Part shown: positions 36,690 to 48,900 of the stretch, in pieces | How positions within the stretch are numbered: the stretch's first letter is position 1 | How the letters are laid out: the number at the start of each line of letters is the position of its first letter | Source of the DNA: Psammoneis japonica | Lineage: Eukaryota | Length of the DNA: 63,519 nt | Assembly: GCA_008632985.1 (NCBI GenBank) | Contig: QPGO01000079.1 | Location: 310,001 to 373,519 of the forward strand | Direction: 5' to 3' | Position numbers and translations under genes: made by a program | The notes under the pieces: generated by a model | What the model was told of the DNA's origin: nothing | Seen by the model: only the letters and a program-made list of their open reading frames with translations | The model's database searches: none

Positions 36690-39100
36690 CACCTCCAAAT
36701 TAAATTCAATTCAATCTTAAATTTTACACAGCCCTTGCCAACTGCTGCCCATGCTGAGCTTTTGACAATGCCTGACATGCCATTCAATCCACAACTGTGG
36801 ACAGGGTCAGAGCGTGTGTGCAACGCAAAACAAGTGCAACAATTCTGCATTTGCAGTTGCAGGTGGAAACACTGCACAGCCGACAGTCCCCAAGAATTCT
36901 CCATCGGTCTAGCGAACCATCTTGCTGCATGGTGGTTGGAAGTGGGATGGCTGCAATGTTGCCCGAACTCTTCTTCGATGCAACCATCCAAGATGCCATG
37001 AGTTTGCAGTGAGTTCTCCACCAAATTGTTGACACACATGCGGTGTCTCCACATGTCCCATGCTGCATTCCACAGCTGGGCTGTCAAGCCGGAGACCCAT
37101 CGCAGTCCAGTGTTGCGGCAGTCCAAATGCTTGCAGTGTTGCTTTGGGCATGCACCCACTCAATCACCAGGATTCCTTGAGCAAATGAACTTTCTCCCAC
37201 TGTCTGTTGTGCAGTGAAGGCTGCTGCCACGTGGCTGCATTCTGTCCTGGGTGGCACCTGGGGAGCATTGTCATGCCATGATGTCAACATGCTTGCGATT
37301 CCCACTTTTGTGTGAGGATGAGCAAATTGCTTGGTGAGCCATTCTTTGACACTGTCAAGTTTTTTGGTTTGCAACTCCTGGGCCCCAAAGGATCTGCATC
37401 TCAGTGCATGATCTGTGCCCATCTCAGGTTCTTGGCATCGTGGACACACCTGGCCCTCAATTTGCCCCAGCGGTGCAGATTTTTTAGATGGAACAAAGCC
37501 GGTGGACCACTTGGATTGCCACAAGCGGCGGAAGGCAGGGCATTGTTGCGCGGCCTTGCCCAGTGCAGTCCAGTTGATTTCTGCATGTGTGGGCTCAGAC
37601 TGCAGTTTCTTGGCCCAATGTTTGGCAGCTGGTGGTCCGCACATGTGGTGAAGTGGTGTTGATTTGTCCCACTGTGTCATGGGCTTGCCTGACAAAGTGA
37701 TGCACCACATCTCACATGCCACGTCAAAGTGAGCAAAGGATGGCAAACCAGTTTATGCTTCCCAGTGCACTTTTGCCAGGAGATCCATTTCAACACTAAA
37801 AACTTCCAGGTGACTCAGCTGACTGAGGTCCACTTCGTGGTCTTGTTGACCCTCTTTGTGCCTGAACGATGACAATTGGAGTGTCCTGGATCATCCTTCT
37901 GATGGGGTGCATCAGGTCACAATTGGTCTGAGTTGGGTTGTTGCAGTTGTTGTAAAAACAGGTGCAAAGCACGAGATCACAATCACACCTGAGAATTGTT
38001 TGTCCACAAGTGACACTGTGTTTCAGGCACAGTTGGGAGAGTTTTCAGAGCACTCCGCACATTCCTTCCAACTCTCCTCTGCAAGCACTCTGATTGCTCT
38101 CTCTTCCCCGAGTGTGGCTCACTCCAGGGCATTGGTGTGAGTCGCCTTCTGATGGCACCAGAGTGTCATTGCTGCTGTTGCAGTTGTTCCTTTGAACGAT
38201 CCGTTGGTGATGCTCATGGTCGTTCCTGACAAGATTCCTGCGACCAACAGTGCATCCTCAAGTTGTCATTTGTGTGGCAGAGGTGGGGCCATTCAGCTGG
38301 AGGGTTCCTTGTCTCAATGTCAACTGGGGCGCATCCTGCGGTGGCAATTTTTGGTCCATGTTGCATCACCTTGGTTGGCATGGAATCTGGGCGACAGTTG
38401 CTTTCATGACCATTGAAATGACAGAGTTGTGAGCAGACCTCTGTCTGCTCTTTTGTCTTCCTGTGGATCCTTTCATCCTCCTTTGAGCAACACCATGGTG
38501 ATGGTGGGTGCTGCTGCCACACGCCCAGCTTCCTTCGCAGCAGCAAGTGTTGGTTCCGGCCGGGTGACAGACAGCACATGGTTGGTGCCTCTTGTCAAAG
38601 CCTTCAGCATGAGGCAGAGGGGCATCCTGCGTCTGGCCACTCAAAGTCCGTGCCGCATGGCTGTTCCCCATTCCAATGTTGTGGCAATGTGCTTGTTCTG
38701 TCGCCACTTGAGATGTTGGAGACAAGTGCTGTGTTGAGCCACATCCTGCACAGATTGATCTTGCGCAATCTTTTGCCTTTGCATCTAAAGTCGACAAACA
38801 TGTTCATCAAGAAAGTGTCGCTCATTCTGTTTTGTTGCGGAGTGAGGTGGGCAATTGCAAATCAACATTGCATCCCCAGCAAAAACTCCACAGGGACTTA
38901 ATCCATGTTTTTGTCACCAGGATGCCAAATTTGTTGCAGTCAACCATGAAGAGCTGTTTCTGTGAGCCGGCCTCCAAAGTTGTCATCTCTCAAACAAGAA
39001 GCATTTCCTTCTCTGTCATGGAGGTGGAGTCAATCTGTTGAAGGAAGGTTTCCAATTTCAAGATGCCTTGCAAGACATGTGGCTTGGTGATGCCTGGCAG
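36690..39100 (-). mobile_element. Degenerate non-LTR retrotransposon (LINE, Ambal-like) 3' portion
   Basis: Relic motifs FGILVTKTWIKSLWSF, KINLCRMWLNTALVSNISSGD, FRHKEGQQD...MDLLAKVHW (RNase H-like), INWTALGKA...WQSKWSTGF, CPRCQEPEMGTDHALRC (CCHC), LWNAAWDMWRHR. Confidence 0.75.
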
Positions 39101-42100
39101 TGTTCTCCGTGAAATTGATGATGCCTTTGCAACTTTGGAAATTCACTCCTTTTCACACATGAACAAACAAAGACACTCTCAATTCCTCTGCGTTTGACCA
39201 CATGCAAGGCATTTGTGGTGTGCAGCCCCCAGGCATGCAAAAAAAGGAACTGAAAGGGGCTCCAAGAAAGCTCACCAACTTGCCAGGCCCCCGGGCATGC
39301 AAAAAAAGAAACTGAAAGGGGCTTCAAGAAAGCTTGCCAACTTGCCAGGGGCTGAGGCAGCCAACCTGACAGGAGCCTCTGAAAAATTCATTGTTGGCAA
39401 GTCTTGTCCTGGCAAAAGGTGGCACAGCTGGAAGAGAAGCTGGAAAAGACACAACGATGCCATTCTGGCATGTCTGCTGGTGCTGTGGCACCCAATGTGA
39501 AGTCTCTGTTTGGTGCTGCCATCCTGTCCTTTGTGCGCCAATTGCAGAATCACAAAGATGAATCCAAGAAATGCATTGAGGCAGTGTTGGAGAAACTGCC
39601 ATCTGCCACAACACCAATTCTCTGGTGTCTTGCACAAACTGAGTGGTTTTTTGTTGTTGTTTTGTCAACCAGCAAGAGAGCTTGCGCATGTGCTTTGCAA
39701 GAAATTGCACGCAGCAGTGTGGACAGTCTTGATGTGCATTTGGGCAGTCTCAAAAGGGGTTTGTGTGATGTTCTGGAAGAGATTGAGAAAATTGCTGGCA
39801 GGGGGAGTTTGCACAAAATTCTGGAACAGACCAAGAAAATTGCAGGAAAAGAAAGCACAGAAAGTGCGGAGGAGGGGGGCATTGAAGAAGAACACAAACA
39901 CCAAGCATGGCAAATGACCCTGCTGCTGCCTTGGTTGGTTGATCCACAGGCTCAAATTCAAGAAAGGGTCACCTGGGGTTTGATTTGCATCGCACCTTTG
40001 TTTGTGCGTGTGTTCACCAGAAGAGCTGCTGCATGTGGTGATCTTGCACTGTTGCTCTGTGTGAAACTCAACAACCATTGGAAGAATGGCTTTGAGAGGT
40101 TGACATTTGGTTTGTCATTTTCATGTGTTGATTTTGTCTGGCTGCACGAATTTTTTGTCTGGACAAACTGGAGCTGTGTTTCGAGATCCAAGTTGACTGG
40201 GTCACCATGCCATTCACAGGTTTGTGCACACAACAACTTCAAGGTTGTAAATCCCTGCCAAAGTGACACCACAGTCATCAAAAGTGCAGCTGCAATGTTG
40301 ATTCAGTGGCAAGTTTGTGTTCAAAATTTTTTTCACAAAAGCTCGCATCGCACCCCCACTTTGTGCATGCGGTGTGGGGCTGGTGAAAATCCCTAGAAAA
40401 AAAAAGAGTGTGATTGATGCATGCTCTGGTGCACACCATGAGACTCCTCACTGCAACCTGCATCTGCTGCAGAGATTAAAAATTGAGGCGTGCAAATGTG
40501 GCATTGTCTGCCTTGATCCATCTCCCAACAATGGACAGATGGGGAGCAAACCTTGTCACGTCATGTTCTGGTGCACCCGACAAAAGAGGGGCTGAAGGCA
40601 GATTGGCATTGGCTCCACTTCATTCTCCCAACCTGACCCTCTTGGGTGACAACCATGACAAATGCACAACAGCAACACAATGAATGACAAAAAATGAGCA
40701 CAATGAAAAATGTGCACAATTCATTGGCAAATGAGGCTTTTTTTGTTGTTGCAATCATTGCACACAAACTTTTGTGCATGATCACAAAACTGAGTTCCCA
40801 ATGATTTGAAAGTTTCACCTTCTTTGACACCAAGATGTTTGAAAACACACCACCTGTTTTTAAAAAACAATTTTTGTTTCATGAGCTGGCTGCAAAAGAT
40901 GGTTGTGTGACATTGACAGTGTTGGGCTCAATCTTGAGCTCTCCAGCTTGCATTCTGGAGTCTGCCCTTTGGCTTCCTGCACACTCAGATTTGCAAAGTG
41001 CTTGCTCCTCAGCACTGCTGTTGCAGGAGAGGATTTCAGCGGGGGTGCAGAGGGAGCCATTGGCGCGTGCGCAACAGGATGTTGATGGGACAAGGTCACA
41101 CCATGACATGCCAAGCCAGACAAGGATGCTGCACAAAGCCTCAAATGTGGCCATGGTGCACTCTCACAACTGGCTGACAGTCAACTCAATCATTCCTTTT
41201 CTTTTGCCAGCAAAGGGGGGAAGAGTGAGAGCTGGGGAGAGGGCAGTGTGGCTGTTGGCTGTGCACAAAGAGTGCTCTGTGATGAGTGGCACATTTTTTT
41301 GCACTTGGAGTGGCTCTTCAATGAGGGTGGTCTCTGTGAAAAGAGACTGAGTTTTGTTGGTTGGTTTGTGCCAATCTGGGTTTTGCAGATGCATGCCAAA
41401 AAAAGCTGGTTGTTGCTCCCTTGAAGTTGGAGCAGCAAGAGCTGACCTCCAGCTGGGCACAAATGTGTGCAGATGAGGAGAGCTTGGTTTCTGGTGCCAC
41501 CAGGGCTGACGTTTGTGGCAGATGGGTCCATGGCAGGCAGACAGATGTCAGTGTCAAGCATGTTGTTGCATGAGTGCAGCTTTGTCAAAGAAGCTGCTGC
41601 TGGTGCATCATGCATGTGCCTGCTGCCATGCTCCTGGCCAGTGCAGCATTGTTTGTGCCCTTGCTGTTTTGGCCAACATGCACAACAAGAGTGGTGCAAT
41701 GCTGGGGGCAAGCCAGCAGCAACAAGTCAAGTGCAGCAATTTTCTGAGTTTTGCTTGTGCCATGATGGCTGGTGTGGGTCCATGCATTGGTTGCCAACAA
41801 GCTGTGATGCTTGGCTTGCAAGGTGCTTGTGCTGTCATCATGAGCGGCACAAAATGGGCAGCTCATCAAGGTGCTTTTGACCTTTGGGAGTCTTTTGGCC
41901 TGCTGTTGGCATTGGAGGCAATGTGGCAAGCCTTCCAGCTGCCCCCTGTTTCTTGTTGCAGGGTTGTTGAAGCTGGGGCATGCGTTGACCACACTGGCCT
42001 TTGCTTGTCTTTTTGTGTGTGCTCTCAGGCTGGCCAACATGTGGCGAGTGGTGCCCTCTCTGTCCATGACAACCAAGTTGAGTGGGAGGGCTCCACTTTG

Positions 42101-42455
42101 AGTGAAACAGAGAGAGCAAGCAGTGTCAGCTGTCATCACAAGAGAGGCCATGGAGAGCTTTGATCTTGGCAAGATGTGCCTTGGGCACATGCTGAGAAAT
42201 GAGAGCAGGTGTTGTCCAGGCAGTGTGGGCAGCAGACAAGACCCAAGCTGTTGAGAACACAGCCTGCACACACCATTGGCTCATGTGTGCAGCCAGCATT
42301 TGCAGCACCAATGAGCACCGTCTTGTTGCAGCAAGCTCTCTTCCTCAGCACAAACAAAAACATGCAAGTGTGTCTCTTTGTGGCACACAGGTGCACAGAA
42401 ACAACAACAACAACACCAACACCAACATCAGCACATTGGCAAGAAATCATAAAAA

Positions 42456-44890
42456 AGATGTGCTCTCTCTGTGTGTGGTGGCAGCTGCTGCATGCCTTGC
42501 CAAGAGCCCTGCATGGTTGGCCTGCTTCCTCTGTGTGTGAAGACAGAGTGGCAAAATGTGCTCTTGGGTCCCCAATTGAGGGGGGTCATTTGCTGCTTTT
42601 TCAGCTCAAATTTGACCAAACAGCTTGTGACTTGCATGACTTTTCCTGAGTTTCACTGCGCTTTGCTGTGGTGCAAAACATCAAGCCACATTCTGTGTTG
42701 GAGGTGGCTGTTCACCAACTCTCCATTGCTTTGTGCTTGTTCTTGTGCATGTCAAAGGTTGAAAAACACCAAATGTTTGTGGCGCCATGGGCCACCACTG
42801 CATTGATGATTGCTGTCATTTTGTCGTGCTTCGATCATGGTGCATGATGCCCTCATTTTAGTGCATGGCCTAAAATTCCTTCCAAGATGATGATGTTGTG
42901 AGCTTGAGCTGATGAAACCCCCTTCCCTTTGATGCACCCCTCCTCAGTTTGCACCTGATGTTTCCCTTTTTGTGCTTGTAGCTTGTGACGAACACTGTTG
43001 GCTTTAAAAGAGAGTGACAAAACTTTGGAGTCTTTGAATTTTGTTGAACATTCAGGGATGTTTGAGACAAAGATCCAGGCATCACATTGCACTGTTGTTC
43101 TTTGCTGGCTTGCACTGAAATGCCCAGACATCCACACAATCTGGCAAGGGTCATGTGCAGCATGCCTCGCCACTGGACAACACGGTGAGACCGTGCACAA
43201 GCCTCTTGTGCGTGGCAACGCAGCATTGTCAAACACGCACCTGGGAAGCACGACCACAGGAGGGCATGGCTCTGGGTCTTGGGCAATTCCAGAAGGATGC
43301 TAAGAGAGCATCCGTGTGAAGCACACCAGCCCATCGTCTGGCCCACGATGGCAGCGTGATTCCACACGATGACATCACTCGTGCATGGCGCGTGATGGCT
43401 TGATTCGCACGATCCACAATGTGAATGCACGATCGATTTGATGCAATCCAAATGCGAACGAATGGGGATTTGGCAAGATTCCCCATTCGCACGATCCCAC
43501 TTTCTCCACTCTAAACTAGCTCACAATTTTCACAACAACAAAGTCACAACACATCTTCACTTCACACACAAACATCACGGCAACGACGCTGCGACATCGG
43601 CAATGGACGCACACAACAACAGCAGCAGACTGGGAGGTTGTGATGCACCAAGACAACAACTGATGTGACAAGAAATGAGATGACAATGATCGAGTTGTTT
43701 TGGGAGCTGGTTGAGCCATTGGTGACGAAGGGTTTTTGGCACGTACAACTTGGTGCTGAAATCACGCAGAGGTTTTGGCCGCAGTGGGACTGTTGTTTTT
43801 CACTTTTTTTGGGGTGCATTTTGTGTTTTCTCGGTCGATCGCATTGATGAAGCACTGAAGTGAGCACGCGACAACAGATTTTGATGAAAAGTTGGATTTT
43901 CATTCATTGTGGAGGATCAGCACGGGGTTTTTAACACGGTGAAGCACGGGGGGACGATTTTTTCACCAGATTTGCAAGATCCTGCATCCCATCCAATTCG
44001 CACGCGCAATGTCAGTGGATTGATGTATTTTTTGTACGCAAGAAGCACAATGACGTCGACACACCCGACATGATGGACTTCCCGTGCTGTTGTCGTAATG
44101 AAGTGAAATCTTGTTGTGTTCGGTGCGTGGAGTCTAGCACCATTTGTCTGCATGTGGACGAGCACTGCGCACCGCAATTTTGGAAAGTGCGCCACTCCAC
44201 AGGGATTTGGCAAGATTCCCTGTTCGCATGATCCCACTTTCTCTGCTCTGAACTAGCTCATAATTTTCACAACAACAAAGTCGTAACACATCTTCTTTTC
44301 AGTGCCTAGCACATGCATGGGGCACATGCTTCCCATCTTCAACTTGCACTTTTGACTCTTTTTTGATCAAAAATCAACACAAAAAACCAAAACAATTCAT
44401 CACTGGCATGAGACAATGAAGTTTTGCAAGAACCTCCAGCGGGTGGTTGGTGCATCAGATCCAGAATGGGTGCTGCATTGGACCAACTGCAAGATGCTCA
44501 AGGCAAGTGGATTGATTGTCAAATCAACATGAAACAACGATGCTTTCAACTTGGCTGCAACTTCACATCATTCTCTTCATCCGCGCTCCCACACCAAGAC
44601 TTGTTTTGATTTTCACTCCAGAGTTTTCTGGATTCCCTTTCATTGTTTAAAGTTGTGATGCATTTGTTTCCATTGACATTGAGCGACGTCATTGTCCTGT
44701 TCAAGATCTTGATTTTGATTGGCTCAAAGATGTTTTTGAATGAAACGATGTGTGAATCTTGCGTCATTGTGTCCAAATGAGCTGGAGTTCAGAATCTTTG
44801 TTTTTGTCAATTTGTTTTGCTTCCCCAAAAAATGACGTGTGCGCATCTTGAACTTGCTCAATGACACCCTCTGGTGCCTTCAGATTTGTG
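42456..44890 (+). pseudogene. Hypermutated duplicate of the SPX gene upstream region, exon 1 and intron 1, interrupted by an insertion
   Basis: Colinear with 57885-59345. Exon 1 copy 44416-44502 reads MKFCKNLQRVVGASDPEWVLHWTNCKMLK with the donor changed to GCAAGT. Confidence 0.9.
43156..44324. mobile_element. 1169-bp non-coding insertion with TG...CA ends and an apparent 4-bp target-site duplication
   Basis: Absent from the parental copy (GGTCATACTTCC at ~58721). Flanked by CATG at 43152-43155 and 44325-44328. Ends TGCAGCATGC / TGCCCCATGC (inverted, 8/10). Internal ~95-bp direct repeat at ~43466-43558 and ~44203-44295. Confidence 0.65.
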
Positions 44891-45970
44891 ACAAACAATG
44901 CCGACTTTGTTGAGTGGAGAGTCAAAAAGCCCAATGAGCAAGCAAAGGAGAGGCAGCGGGAGGAGGCACAGAAAGAGCTGCAGGGGCAGGAGCAAAGAAA
45001 GGGCGTGCAAGCAAGAAAGTGCACAGGGCATTTTAGAGAAGGGACAGGAGATGCATCAGTGCAAAGTTTGGAAAGAAAGTGGAGAGCATGGGCAGAAAGA
45101 TGATGAACAACATTGCAGCCGAGAGCTTGGGTGGCCCATTGAGAAAGAGCAGACTGGCACAAGAGGAGCAAGAATGGTCAGCACTGATTTGATGCCAGCC
45201 AGAAGTGAGCAGAGGATGAGAGCATGGATGGCAAAGTGAGAGTGCAAGAGAAGGCAATGCAAAAAGGATCAGAGCCTTGGAAAGCACAGGAGTTGGAGCA
45301 ACCAGGGGGAGACAGAAGGGCAGACAGAGCAGTTCGCACATCTGAAGGAGCACCAGCAAGAGTGGGGTCAATCACGATGCGCTGCTGACACAAGCATGAC
45401 AGAGCCGATGTGCCAACCCAGGGAGCACGGTGGACTTGACAAGAGCAGGCAAAGAAAGCACAGCAGAGTCAGAGAAAGCCAGAGAGTCAGAGATGAGGAC
45501 AGAAGCATGGCAGCAGGATGCAACAAATGAAGCAGTGCGCGCACCAGTTGAAAGTGGGGAACAATGACCTGTGATTCACGCAGCTTTTTCGCCTCTCTGG
45601 TGCTCCTTGAGCCATTGAATGGCCTCAAATGCTCTCACCCAAGAATGCCGGATGATCACAAAGCAAGTCAATTGAAGTGGGAAAGCATCCTTTTCCCCTT
45701 TGCATGGTTGGTTGCAGCTTGAAAAAATGCAACATCGCTGTTGTCGACCCAACAATCACGACCCCGGGGTGAAAGCAACAAAAGTCATAATAACATGCTG
45801 TGAATTGCCGGCACTGCAGCACCGGGCAAGCTTTTTTCACACTCTATTACAGCACACCAAGAGCACCGGTGTACATTCATTTAAAAAAAAAAAATCCATG
45901 AAAGAAGACCGTTAGTTAGACTAGTCTGATGAGTCGTCTTCGTCCGACGATTCTTCACACCGGCACCTTG

Positions 45971-48900
45971 TCATGGCTGCTGCGCGCGCTGAAAACTAAT
46001 GAAAACGTTGTTCTGTTTGCCTCTGCCTCCTCTTCTTTTAATTTGGATCGCATCCTCGCCGACGACCGGATCGCCATTCCGCAAATAGGCTCGGACAATC
46101 ATCTTGAAAACACTTTTGTGTTCTACCTCGCTCAAAATTGTCATCACATCTTCCATACGAAGCTTGAAAGTGAGATCATCTATCCCATCACGACCGAGCT
46201 GGTTGCGTGCAAAGGTAGCCACCAAGGGGTTGCCGGATCGAGGATCGGATGGAGCTCCAACATCTCGGATTCTAAATCGTCGGGGAATAATGCATGTCTC
46301 GTCTTGCCCATCTTTGCATACCCGAATGGTACTCGTGTCAATGTCAGAGACGTCAAGATCACTGCTTCCGAGGATCACTGCTAGTAAACAACCACGTGCC
46401 TTCAGAATCACTTTGTTGCAGCGCCAGCGGCGCCGATTGCGCCAACAAGTGAACGCACGGCAGGATTTGATGTCAAAGGCAACGACACGTGGCTGCAGTG
46501 GTGCGCTGCTCGGTGAAGCACTCGGTTGGCTGCTCGCGCTTGGTGCAATGCTCGGCGGAGCACTCGGTTGGCTGCTAACAGAGGGGGTGTTACTGGACTG
46601 TTCTGATGGTTCAGATGAAAGGGAAGTCATTAGACTAGGACCTATGGACGGTTTGGAGCTCATGCTTGGCTCAGTAGACGGAGCAGACGAGGGCTGGAAG
46701 CTGATACTCGGTGAGATCGAAGGAGAAGATGAAGGTTTGGAGCTCACGCTTGGTTCCTCCGATGGTACCAACGACGGCTCCCAGCTCATACTTGGCAATG
46801 AGCTCGGACTGGTGGATGGCCACTTGGTAGAAGCCACCGTTGGTCCTGACGGTTCAATACAGACGTTTCGACTATCATTCGGACATGGATCAAAATCCTC
46901 GGCTTTCATTAGACCAGTCTCGAAAGCGCTCCCAGGGATAACAACTGAATAGAAACCACCGCCGTCAAGGATGAGCCCCGCCACAGAAAAAGGTCCGTCA
47001 AGTCCATTTTCTGCAATCAGAGTCCCATTGAATTCGAACGTTATTGGATTAGTGCCGCTCTTGAGGCTAGTAAGGTCAGAAATATAGTTGTCGATTTCTG
47101 TTCCATTGGTGTCCTGCAGCGTCGCAGACCAATGATACTCGCCCTCTTGTTCGATATAAATACTCATCTCCACGCGGAGATCGTTGTACAAATCATCATC
47201 ATCGGTATCGATGCCATACGTTTCTACCATGGACGTCCAAAGATGAATAGGTTTGTGCTGGAAGTCACGAAAAGAATACGCGGCCGTCTTATAGGTCTCG
47301 CTCATTTCTGCGAGTATAGCAATGGAAAGGTCGCGCTCTTCAGCAAGGCGAAGAGCGGTAAGGTAGTATGGCCCGTCTACTTGGTTCTGGAAGATGGATC
47401 TTCCGTCAAAGGCGACGTCCACGCTGTTGATACCGCTCTGTAGTTCGGCATCAAACCCGGTAGTTTGCTTGTTGCCGCGGAATCCGTCAACTCACCGAAG
47501 ATTCGGTGAACGCCGGCAGCGGTTGCATCTACGCTCACCTTGACTACCAGTCGATCGTAATAACCATCTGAGTTATCATCGGCTCCCTCATCAGAGAAGT
47601 TGTCGTCGAGGATCAAACTGCCTGCGGTGACGATGCCAAGGACGTACTTGCTACGAGAAAATGATACTGGAACTTCGCCGTCTGCTCTAATACTTGTACG
47701 GTAGTTTCCTGGCACGTTGGTGTCGAAGAATTGGCCGGTGTAAATGCCGTCATCCGCAACTTCATCTGGGGAAACTCCATCATCTCGCAAGGAGATTACT
47801 TCCAGTTCTTCTTCAGGTGTCGCTACAACAGCAGAAACATTTGCACCTGTAAGTGGCGTCTCGCCATCTTGAGTCAAAGTCCCAAAGTATGTCAAGGGAG
47901 TGCCGACTGCAACAGAAGCTTTGTCCAAAGACACTTCAAGGGTGATAGAGGAGCCACTCAAGAGCACCATAACAACATATTCTACACTGGCCTGATCAAC
48001 GACATCGCCACTGACCGAAGCAACCAAGCTCTCATTTTTGACATCAAAAAGCCTGTAGATTACCGTTTTGTTCCCTTCATACTTAAATTGTTCAAAGGCT
48101 ATGTTGGGCACCTGAGAATGTGTAAGGTTGAAGCTAATCTGGCCTGATGTGTAGGTGAACAGTACATGCGCGTCAGACGCTGTATCCAATGTGAGGGGAA
48201 ATTTGAAGACTTCGCCCTGTGCAACTACACCTGCAACGGTGAAGCACTCAACATTGTTAGACGCTGCTATCAGCTGACGGTTTGGAGGGTCTGCTCTGAG
48301 CAAACGACGAGACAGAGGCTTGTGCTCATATCTGGTATCTTCTATATACCCGATAAGCTTGTTCAAGACATATCCTGATTGAGGCAGTCCATCTGGTCCT
48401 CCATGCGCTGCATCAGCGGTCGCCCCGGAGTAGAGAATTTCATCACTGGTATAATCCAATGCAAAGGCAGACGTGACAGGAACAACTCCGTCACCAGCAC
48501 CAATCAATAGGTTCAAAATGAAGTTCAATGGGAATTCGAAAAAATCAGCGATGACACTGCCAGCGAGGACAGTGTACCTACGCCAGGAATCAAAAGTGAG
48601 GAGAGAACGCCATGAGAGCTGGCTTTTATTCCGCCGAAGGTCAAAGATACTGGCCGCACAAACAGACAATTTATGTCCTTACCTGACGTTTGGATTGTAT
48701 CCATGCAGTAGATTGTACACTTTCATGTGCGTCGTGGATAGCTAATAAAATGCTGGTCCCGTACCCCCCAACACTAATTCTTGAAAAAATCCCAAAATTA
48801 AAACAGTAGCGAGTGCTACGTCAAAAAGATTTACATCTTCTTCTGGTTTTAGCACTTTTTCCAAAATGAGTCCCAATTCCAGAGATGATCCAATGGCCAA

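Noticed and set aside
39300..42400. Identity of the degenerate coding-like sequence
   Set aside because: It looks like a converted gene or TE, but no motif could be assigned by eye; a profile search after in-silico reversion is needed.
43466..44295. The ~95-bp direct repeats as a pair of LTRs
   Set aside because: Too short, no coding sequence or PBS/PPT between them, and identity extends past the TG..CA-like end; treated as an internal duplication.
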